Source: Lingula anatina
Taxonomy: Eukaryota > Animalia > Brachiopoda
Direction: 5' to 3'
NCBI GenBank assembly: GCA_051362555.1
Contig: CM120647.1
Span: forward strand, 16,778,651 to 16,842,650
DNA: 64,000 nucleotides
This document shows positions 11,519 through 25,538 of this stretch, in pieces; within the stretch, counting starts at the first letter, position 1; every line of letters starts with the position of its first letter. The notes beneath the pieces are model-generated. The model was not told where the DNA came from and made no database searches. It worked only from the letters and a program-made list of their open reading frames with translations. Made by a program: the position numbers and the translations under genes.

Positions 11519-13966
11519 AAGGCATAAGTATGGCGACATATAATTATTCTAGTGAAACGAAAAAAGTCCTGTATTTTCCTGTTTGTTTTTTCCTTTATGT
11601 TTTATTGATTACGGATTTTTTCCCCTCAATCGAATTTTTTGTTTGCTTCATTTCATTTGATTGACACAATTCTGTTAAGGGCAAGTGTCAGGGGTATGTC
11701 ACTCCAATATCATCGGGTGTGCCATTGAGGCAAAAATTCCTATGGGGTCACAGTGACCATGTGTATAGTTAAATCAGTTACATCAAACGGAGTAGAGGAT
11801 GGCGTGTCTCCATTGGAGCCAACTTGACTGCAATTGGGAGGTTTTTTAAATAACATTTTTATAACATTAGATAACATAACTGGGTCAAAATAATCATTCT
11901 TGTGAGAAAATAAAATGATAATTTTATATTACATAATCTTGGTGATATCAATTTTAGTTTTAACCTAATGCGCTATGGGGGATAGCAACATGTACAAGAA
12001 AGTGGAACTTTATTGAATTTAAATGAAAACTTTTTGATTCAAAACGACGTAAAAGTTGGCGACATTTTTATCCGCAATAAATCTAGGGAAGATATAGAAA
12101 ATGTTGTCTCTCTCTCTGCCTTTCTTTCTCACAGCTCTCTCGTTTTATGTGTGTGTGTGTGCGTGTGTGTTTGTGTGTGTGTGTATGTGTGAGAGAGAGA
12201 GAGAGAGGAAAAAGAGAGAGTTCTACCTTTCCTTTTATTTCCAGGTAGAAAAGATTAACCTAAAAAGAACTAAGACAATTTAAGCGTTAGAATTTGCTTA
12301 ATAAACCAATATACAGTCTCTTTACAACAAGACCTCACCTGGGATTGGGATTGTGAAAGATGTGACAAACTTTATATCCATACTCATTCCCTTTTATTCC
12401 ACTTCAGTCAAATAACTATTTACATGAAATATTAAAATACTTTTGGGCTTAAACACGTCCAAGTTTTGGAGACTACAATTTACAACACACACATACACAC
12501 ACACACACACACACAAAATATACATGTCATAAAATGAAAAATCTGTGTGTGACTAAGTTGTTGCCTTTGTGTTTTGTCGTTAGTAAATACGACACCGTTA
12601 TAATCTTTCATATTATTTATTAACTACATCCTAGTTGTTTACCGCGCCGCTTTGTTTCCAGTTCTATCTCTATATCTTATGCTATCTCTAGCGGCCTTCT
12701 CCTTCGTTTACATATCAACTCAGTTCCTCTACAAGACGCTCCTCGCTCCTTATTCACTCATGGCTCTCAATCACTAAGGTTAAGTGTGATAGGTTTTGTT
12801 TATAACATATTTCCTCTTTTTTGAAAATATACAAATTATTACCAAAGCACACATAGTGGTTGCAAAACGTAACGACAACCTGATCCCCGCACCTTTCGAA
12901 TGAAACATGCACTATATATCTACTTCATCTTACTTGAATATTTAAATGTATGAATGGCTTTTAATTATTCATTTACTCTGGTACAACAGATACCAAAGGC
13001 AGATCTAGTAGACTGTGTTTTGGGGAAGAGCAGGTTATAAAACCCGCAAAAGTTCATATAATATGAAATGTGTTCGTCATATTAAGATAATCAAGCTTGC
13101 GTGTATATGAACTGGTTTTACGGAAACAGTTAAGCAATAATGAAGTGGACTTCTCAGCACTGCCATGTGTAGCGAACTTGCACATGATTTTCTCTCCCGA
13201 GTCCTCTAAATTTAGGAAAGAATAAATTAAGCTTGTACACAAAAAGGCAATGACATATGACATTTAAACTTGCCGTACCTAAACGCGACCCCACAGATTC
13301 CACTACTCAATTTCTCCCCACTGACCATTGTATCGCACATGTATAGAGAAAAGCCAAGCACACCGAATGATCGTCATACTTTTATTGGTTACAAGCCGTC
13401 TTCTACATATTCTGAATTCCCCCACCTCGCAACTCTGTCACCTTAATTCTCTAACGTAAAATTTCACACAATCCGCTTATATACAGGCTAATAGGTATTT
13501 GTCGCGCTATTTGGCCGTACATACAATGTCGTTAATCGCTCTAAATCACATTGTTAATTACTTTTAATGAGAATTACACAAAGGAGCCAAAATGGGCTAC
13601 ATAGTATTCCATTCTAAAGATTACCTTTCTGGGCACAGAAACAGAGTTTTTTTTTTGTATGACTGCGCATGCTCCAAGCTCCAATCTCACCCGCATCATA
13701 TATTAAATCAAACGACCACCAAAATTATTCATTGGAAGATCACAGTGACGGTAAGATTGCCATATCTTTCTGTTAAACCATCATCTTGTTATGTCTTTTT
13801 TTAATATAACTGAAGTGCGTTTTATAACTGAAGTGTGTATTATAACTATGCCTGTATTAAACAAGCATTGTTAACATATTTTTTATAGCAACATGCGCGT
13901 TGCCGTTGTGGAGGTAATGAAATGGTGGAATGTTTTTACCTGTTTCATTTAGCTGTATATTTTTAA

Positions 13967-14342
13967 AGATGCATACAATGTCAATTTTTTGTCACAAAAA
14001 CCAACCAAATGCCAGCATATAGTTTCAAGTAGTATAACTAAGAGAATTACCAAAAGGCATTGTTTAATTTTACCCGAAAATGATGTTTGAACAGATTTTT
14101 CTGCCGGCATTCTAAGCTGTATGTCAATGGGGCAGGAAAGTAGGTCACGGAAGTAGGTTAAATTTACAACCATAGATTTAAAAAAGGAGCAGTCTAAAGG
14201 TCTTTTATGGCTGATAGAGTGATCTATTCAGTTTATCCCTTGGCATGTCGAATTTATTTGAGTCATATGAGAATCTAGTAGAAGTGGTTTACATGTGTTA
14301 CTCAGAATCCACACTCCACCGATGCTCGGTTCGTATGTACCT
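13967..14342. mobile_element. Non-autonomous TTAA-site DNA transposon (Kolobok-like)
   Basis: TTAA on both sides and short imperfect TIRs (AGATGCATAC / GTATGTACCT). The paralogous unit at ~23627 has the empty site (tatttttaacatttatg). Confidence 0.7.
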
Positions 14343-14494
14343 TTAACATTTATGTTATAAGGTAAGTTGTCAGAAATTTAGAGACGGTAATTCATACATG
14401 TACTTTATACCTCCGTCTTTGGATACAAAACTCATCGTGCATTTATTTTGAATGGAAAGCGTCTCATGGTACATTGCGTCACGTGACTACCTTA

Positions 14495-15401
14495 AGCCTC
14501 GGTCACAACCGGCCGTACGGGCTCTTACGGGCTATTTGCGTCCAAATTTTGTGCAGAATCTCACGTCCCACGCAAGTCCTTCTTACGCAATTTTGAGTTC
14601 GCAGACAGCCCGTAAGCACGTACGGAGGATGTTGGACATGTCCAAAAGATTCTACGAATAGCCAGCGAGGCCGCAAGCGTAACTTGCTCCCCTCGCACGG
14701 AGTTAACAAGAGAGACGCGCGTTGTGCAAGACGCATGGCGCAAGCTATGAGGGAGAAAGTGCCCTTTGCGTGTTGAGTAAGGCTCACGCCCTCACAACTA
14801 ACGAACAAAGTCGAGAGCAAACCGGGAATGCGTCGCACGTGCGTCACCCCCACGCCTGGCGTATAAAAGGCGTGCTCACGACGCACGCTCGTGTGTTTAC
14901 AATGAACGTCGACTGTGTAACGTGTATAACAATGTTCAAAAATTTCAAATTTTTGCTCAATTTAGTTTCTGATATGCCTCCAAAAGGCAAGAGAAAGAAG
15001 CTTACATAGTAGAAAAAAGGGAGGAGGGAGAAGAAAGAAGAGGAGAACAGGAAGCAAAACTGACGTACGCCGTCAATACTTCACCACAAACGTGTGAGGC
15101 AAGTGTGAAACAAAACTGACGCAAAAGGGCACTGCTTTCTCCGTGCGTTGCATTCCCTCCATAAGTGGTGCGTGTGTGCCACGTACACAGGAAGCAAGAC
15201 AAACTCAAGAAATGAGTACAATTTCCACGGCCATAGCTCCTTGCAGTTAGCGTCCCTGCTTGAAAGGACATCTCATGTGGCCCTTGCCACTCGCAAGGCA
15301 GACTTTACTCTACCTCAACGACCTCCACGGCCTCCGCAGCACCCAAAAATCGCAGGAGACGTACGATCCTGAAATTCGTGCGTCCGTTTGTGACCGAGGC
15401 T
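14495..15401. mobile_element. Non-autonomous PIF/Harbinger-type element
   Basis: TIRs AGCCTCGGTCACAA / TTGTGACCGAGGCT with a TTA target duplication on both sides. The interior is GC-rich. A second copy lies at 23780-24686. Confidence 0.8.
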
Positions 15402-15882
15402 TTAATGCAAATGAGGATGATATCTTTATAAAAAGGCAAAGTCCATGGGATTTCCCCGCCAAATTAAAATTTTCCTGGGGTAAAGGCACTTTTCCCCAAC
15501 CCAAAAATAGTTGTTTGGCACTTGCATTTGGTGTTTTATTTCATTTTAATTGATTATTTAGTTTATAGTTACTGACTAGGCATTATGACGACATCTACCA
15601 TCACGCACTTTGCCTCGTTTTTAAAAAAGAAAATGGCGGGGTATTTTGTATTTGTGCCCTGAGCCGTGTATAATACTGCTCGGAACGTTCCTAGTTAGAC
15701 AATCTCAGATGCTTTTATTTTCATTTTGTTTTGTCTTGCACTGAGATAACGTTTGGTTTAACCTTTGGCGTTATATAGCAAGATGTGGTCCACAGCCGTT
15801 CACACTTCGGCGGTGTTAGTACTGAGTAGTCTTTACTCTTTCAAATGTCGACTGCAGACTTGCCCCGGGTATTGTATGTGAT

Positions 15883-16129
15883 AGATACAATACGAGTCGC
15901 CGAGCTGTACGTGAAATATTACGAGTGTATTGGCGAGCCGCAGGCGAGACAATACACGAGTAATTTTCACGTACAGCTCGGCGACGAGTGTTGTATCTGG
16001 CTTAAACCACGGCCTCTGATTGGCTACTACACTAGAAGTGCAACAGACCGTGGAACGCACTCGTACATGACGTGCTTGTATGTCAAATATAGCACAGGTC
16101 TTTTGTTCTACGTGCTAGCCGTGGTTTAA
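15883..16129. repeat. Hairpin-rich interspersed repeat (nested inverted repeats)
   Basis: A ~50 bp stem (gatacaatacgagtcgccgagctgtacgtgaaa / tttcacgtacagctcggcgacgagtgttgtatc) surrounds the loop gcgagccgcaggcgag. A second pair follows: ttaaaccacggc / gccgtggtttaa. Confidence 0.65.
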
Positions 16130-17762
16130 GAACATATGAACAGTCCTGAGGAGCAAGGGAAGATAGGAAAGGGGTACCCTGAGTGTCAGAGCAACGTAAA
16201 AGCTAGCTTGCTAAATATCCCTTGTGGTGGAGTCGCTTTTACTAGCACTGAAGACCAGCGGCCATGTTAGGTTTCCGTCAATCAAATAGAACTGCTCCGC
16301 AGTGAATCTGCAGTTGAATGTCATCAGACCAAAATAAAACGTAAAGCAAATTTAATTCTGCTTTATTTAATTTTATTTACTGTATTTAAGATGTCAAGTG
16401 AAAAAATAAATAATATTCTTCGGAAAGAAAAGATATATCCAATGTTTTTGTATTTTTTGCCTATCAAAGAACATTTAGTCCTGAGATATACACGTACACA
16501 ATACATGTGCTTGCTGTGTGCCAAATTTGACAGCTACACTGTATGCCCGATACCACTATATAAGGGCTGCGCAATGGCTACACGAAAATAAGTTTTTACA
16601 GCAGAATGTTGCTTGTATTGTGGCACTGACCTTCGACTGCAAGATATTTTCAATTCAAACGTCTAACTCCGTGTCAGGCACTTTAATTGCTTCTTGTCTC
16701 GCCTGCACGAGACTTCAGCGCAAGGCGGGAAAGGCAGCTCCAGGCGGCCAAACCTGTGACGTACGAGACTTATGACTTCCAAATATGGATCCAGGCGGAC
16801 ACAGCTGTGACGTGTGACTTCCAAATATGGAAGCGCCCCAGGCAGAATTTTGAAGAAGAACTCCCCCGAGTTGCCGGTGTTCGCTAGAGCCTGGTATTGC
16901 TACTATGGGTTATATATGAAATCAAGATCGAGCTGGCAATACCGGAATCTAGAACCTAGGGTAGAAAGGGGGTGCATGAAACGAAAATATTGTGCCCGTT
17001 TTATTATTGTGGACTTTTTCCCAGTGCAGATATTAGCCATCTATCTAACTAGAGACATCTGTTAATGTCCAGTGAAAAATCATTCTGTGGCCCTGGTAGA
17101 GGGTAGACAATTCCCATGTCAGCACCAATATAAGGACTTTTAACTGAAGAGAAAGGAAATATCATTAACGACGCAGACTTTATGCTAATGACGTTTTAAA
17201 TCGATCACTTAATGTAAACTTTCTAAAGTATACCATATTTTAATGCAAAAGGTATTTTGCTAAAACCCACGAGAGCCCACATTCGTTCTCGTGACATCCT
17301 GATTCAGGGGCCCGGTCGTTATTTTGCGTTACCAAGGTTGATGACGCTTTGGATGCCTCACTTGCATCCATGCACGCTACCGACTGCTCCGTGACTGACC
17401 AGCCCACCCTCCGTACGTGCGAGTTTCCTCTTATAGTAACCAATCGGAATTTTTAAAAAATAATTCTTCCAGAAAATTGACAAAATATTTGCTGGGCCTC
17501 GAACCAGCGTACGAATGTCTGCCTTTATCTAAAACAGTAAAGTTACCACGCAGCCACTGCAGCTTGGTTGGTAATTTATAACCTTGTCACTGGGAAGGCC
17601 AGATTGGATGTACATGTATATATATCTGTTATCCCAATCAATAATCCAGGTGCCGTATTTCATCCCACGCATCCACAGTCCCCGGCCATGGTTTATGATG
17701 AACGGAAAAGTGAAGCAGTGTTTCATATGCTACGCAATTCATCATGTCTTGGTCAGGGCAAA

Positions 17763-18103
17763 AGGGATAACAACTGTTCATTTTGGCAAAAAAATTAAAA
17801 AAAAGGAATCTTCCTGGGGTAAAGGACAATTTTCCCATACTTCCAAATGGTAATTGAATCCATTCCTATATTCAAAGTTCTTCCCTGTTTTTTTTTTTCT
17901 AAAATTTTTTTATATTCTCTTAAGAGATTATTACAGAGTGTAGCCATCTATGGAGGTCACGTGATGTGATGGCAAGCACAACTTCTAGAATAATTGCGTG
18001 AACTCCGGTTTTGGTGGCAAAATATAATTTATTATATATTAATGAGTTGTTTACAGTCAATTAATTGTGAAATATAGATACTATACGAACAGTTGTTATC
18101 CCT
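17763..18103. mobile_element. Short TIR element at a TTAA site (Kolobok-like MITE)
   Basis: TIRs agggataacaactgttc / gaacagttgttatccct followed by ttaa. Other units show an empty site (ggtcatatttaagtcaac). The right end is also retained at ~25279-25341. Confidence 0.6.
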
Positions 18104-18300
18104 TTAAGTCGATACAGATATTATGTCGGGCAGGGCAAGGCATCAAGCAACAAAATCTAGTCCCAAAAGAGGTGACACCGGACATGTTTCCCATGCGCTC
18201 AGGTTATAGACTATGTATGCTTACTAGTATTCCGTCTTCCTTTTATTTCAAGGTTACGAAGGTTACCTGAAAATAGAACAAAAACAACTGAATCATAAGA

Positions 18301-19379
18301 ATGCGTTGTCGGTGGGTTCTCCTGATTGTGGTAGGTGTGCTGTGGATTCTGATCAACGTGTTGATAGGTGTGAAGAAAAAAATATTAGATAAAGGTATGA
18401 CTACTCTAGCCACTGTGAATAATAGCAATAACAACAACAGCAATTATAATGATGGTGTCTAATACAAATGTCAATTTACTCATGGCTACAATGTACATGG
18501 TAACTTAGGCAAATGTAATAATCTATTAACAGGAAACAGTTCGTGCATATAAAGTTTTCTATGTGGATTTTTTCAGACTTGCAGACAGAGACAAAGCCTA
18601 AAGGACCTGTTGCAAGGGGTAAACTTATTGAAATCAACAACTTTACAATCGTCACAGGCGCGGATCACAAGTATTTTTCCCCGGCTCTCGTTAACCACGT
18701 CGGGTCATTCTGTTTCTGGGAACCAACTCTCAAAATCGTGGTGTGGGACCTCGGTTTGACCGCCAAAGAGGCGGAGACTGTGAAAAGCTGGTCCAGCGTG
18801 ACGTATAGGAGGTTCCCCTTTGAAAGGTACCCCCCTCACTTTCGCAACCTGAAAAAGTACGCCTTCAAACCGGTCATTATTAAACAAATGGTCGATGAAC
18901 TCGGGGCAGTGCTTTGGGTGGACGCCGGCAGCCACATTAGTGGAAGAATGAAAGAAATTATGACTTCTGTCTTTCAAAATGATGGTTATATTTATGCTGG
19001 CGTGTGGGGAAATGGTGAAGTGACAAAATGGACACATCACGGAATGTTTGCATATTTCAATATTACCAAAGAACCCTATGTTGGAAAACAGTCGATCACT
19101 GGAAATTTAAACGGCTGGCTTAGACAAGGGGATATCTATGAGGAAATACTGATTCCATGGGCAAATTGCGCGTTACACGAAAATTGTATCTCTCCCGTTG
19201 GATCAAGTTTGCAAAACCATAGATACGATCAAGCAGCCCTTTCGTTGTTGGGATACAGTTACATGTTTAGACATAATAAAACCTTACATCTTCGTACATA
19301 TTTATTGGACATAGTTTTGGAATCGAGAGGAAGGAATCGCACCTATATCAATTATGCACACGGATGTTATCTTACGTGA
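18301..19379 (+). CDS. DUF1647-like protein, copy 3, type B; exons 18301-18394 + 18577-19379, ~298 aa
   Basis: Donor AAAG|gtatga and acceptor ttttttcag|AC, phase 1. Intact frame. Confidence 0.85.
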
Positions 19380-21510
19380 AAGGCATAAGTATGGCAACAT
19401 ATAATTCTTCTAGTGAAACGAAAAAAATCTGTATTTTCCTGTTTGTTTTTTTCCTTTATGTTTTATTAATTACGGATTTTTTCCCTCAATCGAATTTTTT
19501 GTTAGCTTCAGTTCATTTGATTGACACAATTCTGTTAAGGGCAAGTGTCAGGGGTATGTCACTCCAATACCATCGGGTGTGCCACTGAAGCAAAAATTCC
19601 TATGGGGTCACATGTGTAAAGTTAAATCAGTTACATCAAATGGAGTAGGGGATGGCGTGACTCCATTGGAGTCAACTTGACTGCAATTGGGAATTTTTTT
19701 AATAATATTTTTATAACATTAGATAACATAACTGGGTCAACATAATCATTCTTGTGGGAACATAAAAAATGATAATTTTATATGACATAATATTGGTGTT
19801 ATCAATTTTTAAGCAATTCTTTAAGGCGGATACACGTGCAGAAGTTCCATTTTGCAAATGTATCGCCTTTATATTATCTTTGGTATGCTACACTACACAT
19901 TTTTTCAGGGCCGATTTTCAATATTCATTAATATAATATAATATAATATAATATAATATAATATAATATAATATAATATAATATAATATAATATAGTTAT
20001 TGGAATAATTTCAATGATGATGTTATGGGTTATATGTAAAGCCAATGCAGGGATGTTGTTTTTAAGAACGTTGATAATTTTTGTTGTATCTGCATTAAAT
20101 TCCTAATTCCACTATATATGGCCTGCTGTTGCCCACGACACTCAAATTAGCACAGCTTGTACGATCTTTGACACAAAGGAATGATTTTTTTCAAATCTCC
20201 TGGGTAAGGCGGGGCTACATATAGTGACACTGGCATTTATTTGACGAAAATGATTTTATCGTCTATTTTGCAAAATTGAATCATCTATTTTTTCACTTAC
20301 TGGTTGAATAAAGTGAGTTGCCTTCATGTGCAACTACCTATATGAAATCGCTATTTGGGGATTAAACCCAGTGTACTGCTATGTGGTTGATATTTGTACG
20401 TTATAAGAACCTCATTATGTGGCGCATATTTTCTGGCACTGGATAATATTGTTTTTTTTAAAAACGTTTTTATCTACAAAACAAAAAGATGAATCGAGGC
20501 ACCGACCTGAATTTGCTGGTCCCTGTGAAGTCAAAAAAAGTGTTTTCTTTTGTTCTCTGCTACTGATGGTTCGAAGGAAGCCAAAATAAAAGATTGAAAA
20601 AGAAAAAGAACACAGATGTAATCAACTGCTGTGATGACCACGTGTAGAGACAGCAAAAAAGAAATCTACAAAACACACGCACGGAAAAAAAACATGGCAA
20701 AAGTACAGGTCATCGATCATTTTGCAAAAGAAAAAAGTTTTCATGTACAGTGTTAACGAAAGGTGTATCATACCATTACTAAGAAAATAACTTGGATATG
20801 AAAACCGATAGTGCAAGAATGTATTTTACAGGCGGTCATACAGTGTTCCCCAGGAGGATTCTAGAGCTCCAATCGTCAAATATATATAAACAAAACTACA
20901 GAAGTTTGACAAGATCAAGATTACCACCAATGATGAAATTTGAAATATTGATCATGACTAATATGCCACGCCTGCAAACACTTCTTGAAGGATCTTTTTT
21001 ACTAAACGGCTTCACCAGTCGTGTACTTTGAATATTTGTTATGCACGCCTAGATTTGAAAAAAAAAAAAAATGGTTACGTTTCAATAAAGAAAGATAACC
21101 TGTGAATTTAGTTTTGAGTTTTGTTTGGTTTTTGTGACAATAACTTGTTACCTTACACACATCTCAAAAAGTTTGTTCTTATAACATTTTAGTTTTAACC
21201 TAAGGTGCTATGGGCGATAGCAACATGTACAAGAAAGTATAACTTTATTGAATTTTAATGAAAACTTTTTGATTCGAAACAATGTAAAAGTTGGTGACAT
21301 TTTTATCCACAATAAATCTAGGGTCGGATGGAGGCCGTCTTCGGGGTCTAACGTAATGTTCTCTTTTGACAGCACAGTAGGTTTGTTCAATCACCAACGT
21401 ACCAGTATTATCCGTCTCACATATGACCGATTATTGCCAGATTCCCCAGTTGATTACCTCACGTTTTATGTCAAATAAGGGACGAAGCGTCGCGGTAGCC
21501 AATCACGCGC

Positions 21511-21680
21511 TCACACGTCATCAGGCCCCCAAAAGTAGGTGGAGCGAAGGTAATGCATGTAGAAAACCATGCAAATTTTTAAGCTAATGACAGTGCATTT
21601 CTACATAAACAAGTTGCCCCTGTATGGACTGCACTCATGTATATACCGAGGTTCAGGTGCCGCAAGATTATCCTTTAGTA
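21511..21680 (-). pseudogene. Decayed copy of the D8C/D10C terminal exon
   Basis: Homologous to 40168-40395, with deletions like those at 7692-7861. Confidence 0.8.
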
Positions 21681-21749
21681 CTAGGGAAGATAAAGAAAAT
21701 GTTGTCTCTCTCTCTCTCTCTGCCTTTCTTTCTCATAACTCTCTCGTTT

Positions 21750-21826
<77 letters not shown>

Positions 21827-22104
21827 AAGAGAGAGAAAGAGTTCTACCTTTCTTTTTATTTCCAGGTAGAAAAGATTAACCTAAAAAGAACAAAGACAAT
21901 TTTAGCGTTAGAATTTGCTTAATAAACCAATATACAGTCTCTTTACAACATGACCTCACCTGGGATTGGGATTGTGAAAGATGTGACAACCTTTATATCC
22001 ATACTCATTCCCTTATATTCCACTTCAGTCAAATAACTATTTACATAAAATATTAAAATACTATTGGGCTGAAACACGTCCAAGTTTTGGAGGCTACAAT
22101 TTAC

Positions 22105-22157
<53 letters not shown>

Positions 22158-23779
22158 GGTAGTGAGACATCATTTTAACTTACAGACACACAAAATGTAC
22201 ATGTCATTAAATGAAAAATCTGTGTGTGACTAAGTTGTTGCCTTTGTGTTTTGTCGTTAGTAAATACGACACCGTTATAATCTTTCATATTATTTATTAA
22301 CTACATCGTAGTTGTTTCCCGCGCCGCTTTGTTGCCAGTTCTATCTCTATATCTTATGCTATCTCTAGCGGCCTTCTCCTTCGTTTACATGTCAATCAAC
22401 TCAGTTCCTCTTCAAGACGCTCCTCGCTCCTTATTCACTCATGGCTCTCAATCACTAAGGTTACTTGTGATAGGTTTTGTTTATAACATATTTCCTCTTT
22501 TTCGAAAAGATACAAATTATTACCAAAGCACACATAGTGGTTGCAAAACGTAACGACAACCTGATCCCGCACCTTTCGAATGAAACATGCACTATATATC
22601 TACTTCATCTTACCTGAATATTTAAATGTATGAATGGCTTTTAATTATTCATTTACTCTGGTACAACAGATGCCAAAGGCAGATCTAGTAGGCTGTGTTT
22701 TGGGGAAAAGCAGGTTATAAAGCCCGCAAAAGTTCATATAATACGAAATGTGTTCGTCATATTAAGATAATCAAGCTTGCGTGTATATGAACTGGTTTTA
22801 CGGAAACAATTAAGCAATAATGAACTGGACTTCTCAGCACTGCCATGTGTAGCGAACTTGCACATGATTTTCTATCCCGATGTCCTCTAAATTTAGGAAA
22901 GAATAAATTAAACTTGTACACAAAAAGGCAATGACATATGACATTTAAACTTGCCGTACCTAAACGCGACCCACAGATTCCACTACTCGATTTCTCACCA
23001 CTGACCATTGTATCGCACATGTATAGAGAAAAGCCAAGCACACCGAATGATCGTCATACTTTTATTGGTTACAAGCCGTCTTCTACATATTCTGAATTCC
23101 CCAACCTCGCAACTCCATCACCTTAATTCTCTAACGTAAAATTTCACACAATCCTCTTATATACAGGTTAATATGTATTTGTCGCGCTATTTGGCCGTAC
23201 ATACAATGTCGTTAATCGCTCTAAATAACATTGTTAATTACTTTTAATGAGAATTACACAAAGGAGCCAAAATGGGCTACATTGTATGCCATTCTAAATA
23301 TTACCTTTCTGGGCACAGAAACAGAGTTTTTTTTGTATGACTGCGCATGCTCCAAGCTCCAATCTCACCCGCATCATATATTAAACAAACGACCACCAAA
23401 ATTATTCATTGGAAGATCACAGTGACGGTAAGATTGCCATTTCTTTCTGTTAAACCATCATCTTGTTATGTCTTTTTTTAATATAACTGAAGTGCGTTGT
23501 GTATTATAACTATGCCTGTATTAAACAAGCATGGTTAACATATTTTTTATAGCAACATGCGCGTTGCCGTTGTGGAGGTAATGAAATGGTGGAATGTTTT
23601 TACCTGTTTCATTTAGCTGTATATTTTTAACATTTATGTTATAATGTAAGTTGCCAGAAATTTAGAGACGGTAATTCATACATGTACTTGTATACCTCTG
23701 TCTTTGGATACAAAACTCATCGTGCATTTATTTTGAATGGAGAGCGTCTCATGGTACATTGCGTCACGTGACTACCTTA

Positions 23780-24686
23780 AGCCTCGGTCACAACCGGCCG
23801 TACGGGCTCTTACGGGCTATTTGCGTCCAAATTTTGTGCAGAATCTCACGTCCCACGCAAGTCCTTCTTACGCAATTTCGAGTTCGCAGACAGCCCGTAA
23901 GCACGTACGGAGGATGTTGGACATGTCCAAAAGATTCTACGAATAGCCAGCGAGGCCGCAAGCGTAACTTGCTCCCCTCGCACGGAGTTAACAAGAGAGA
24001 CGTGCGTTGTGCAAGACGCATGTCGCAAGCTATGAGGGAGCAAGTGCCCTTTGCGTGTTGAGTAAGGCGCACGCCCTCACAACTAACGAACAAAGTCGAG
24101 AGCAAACCGGGAATGCGTCGCACGTGCGTCACCCCCACGCCTGGCGTATAAAAGGCGTGCTCACGACGCACGCTCGTGTGTTTACAATGAACGTCGACTG
24201 TGTAACGTGTATAACAATTTTCAAAATTTTCAAATTTTTGCTCAATTTAGTTTCTGATATGCCTCCAAAAGGCAAGAGAAAGAAGCTTACATAGTAGAAA
24301 AAAGGGAGGAGGGAGAAGAAAGAAGAGGAGAACAGGAAGCAAAACTGACGTACGCCGTCAATACTTCACCACAAACGTGTGAGGCAAGTGTGAAGCAAAA
24401 CTGACGCAAAAGGGCACTGCTTTCTCCGTGCGTTGCATTCCCTCCGTAAGTGGTGAGTGTGTGCCACGTACACAGGAAGCAAGACAAACTCAAGAAATGA
24501 GTACAATTTCCACGGCCATCGCACCTTGCAGTTAGCGTCCCTGCTTGAAAGGACATCTCACGTGGCCCTTGCCACTCGAAAGGCAGACTTTACTCTACCT
24601 CAACGACCTCCACGGCCTCCGCAACACCCAAAAATCGGAGGAGACGTGCGATCCTGAAATTCGTGCGTCCGGTTGTGACCGAGGCT
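23780..24686. mobile_element. Non-autonomous PIF/Harbinger-type element (duplicated with its array unit)
   Basis: Perfect TIR AGCCTCGGTCACAACCGG / CCGGTTGTGACCGAGGCT with TTA TSD. Flanks match those of 14495-15401. Confidence 0.8.
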
Positions 24687-25538
24687 TTAATGCAAATGAG
24701 GATGATATCTTTATAAAATTAGCCTTTTTCGTCTTTTCCGGAAATGGAAATTGCATTGTGGGTAGGGGAGCCCTGCTACGTCGATACACTTACAGCGGTG
24801 CTAAAAACCATGGCTGGGTTTACGTGCTTTTTGTCCCGCTACTACAATAACAGTAAGCGAGATCGACACATGAGGTTTAATAAGTTCCCAACAAACCCGT
24901 TAAAATGAAAAATATGGTAGAAAGAAAGGAAAATATAGCAGGTTTGGATCAAAAGCAGGGCACCGCGTTTGCGCTGAACATTTCGAAGGCGGGAAGAAAA
25001 ACTATAATATTAGGAGATCAACGGTGCTTTATAAAAAACAGAAATGCTTAGTTAAACAACGGATATAACGAACTATCGGCCCCGAACTCGGGGGTAAAAA
25101 ATGCGAGAAAAAAAAACATTATAAAGATTTGAAGAAAAAATTGAAGAATAGGCCGGGGCCTAAAAATTAAGAAAAGACTTCAAGCATGAGATTATGGAAA
25201 AAGAAAGTAAAAGCTGTGAAGTTTTACACGGGGATTCTACTTACAAAAAATTCAAGAACTTTTTTTGTGTTACAACAAAATGAGTTGTTTACAGTCAATT
25301 AATTGTGAAATAGCGATACTATACGAACAGTTGTTATCCCTTTAAGTCGATACAGATATTATGTCGGGCAGGGCAAGGCATCAAGCAACAAAATCTAGTC
25401 CCAAAAGAGGTAACACTGGACATGTTTCCCATGCGCTCAGGTTATAGACTATGTATGCTTACTAGTTTTCCGTCTTCTTTTTATTTCAAGGTTACGAAGG
25501 TTACCTGAAAATAGAACAAAAACAACTGAATCATAAGA

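Noticed and set aside
14452-15553. Cluster of overlapping ORFs, duplicated at 23737-24850
   Set aside because: They lie in a GC-rich non-autonomous Harbinger-type element and show no recognisable intact protein.
22329-22553. + strand hydrophobic ORF (LLPVLSLYLMLSLAAFSFVYMSI) as another anchor exon
   Set aside because: There is no ATG at the start of the hydrophobic segment, paralogous units are frameshifted, and the possible donor phase does not match exon 2. Support is insufficient.
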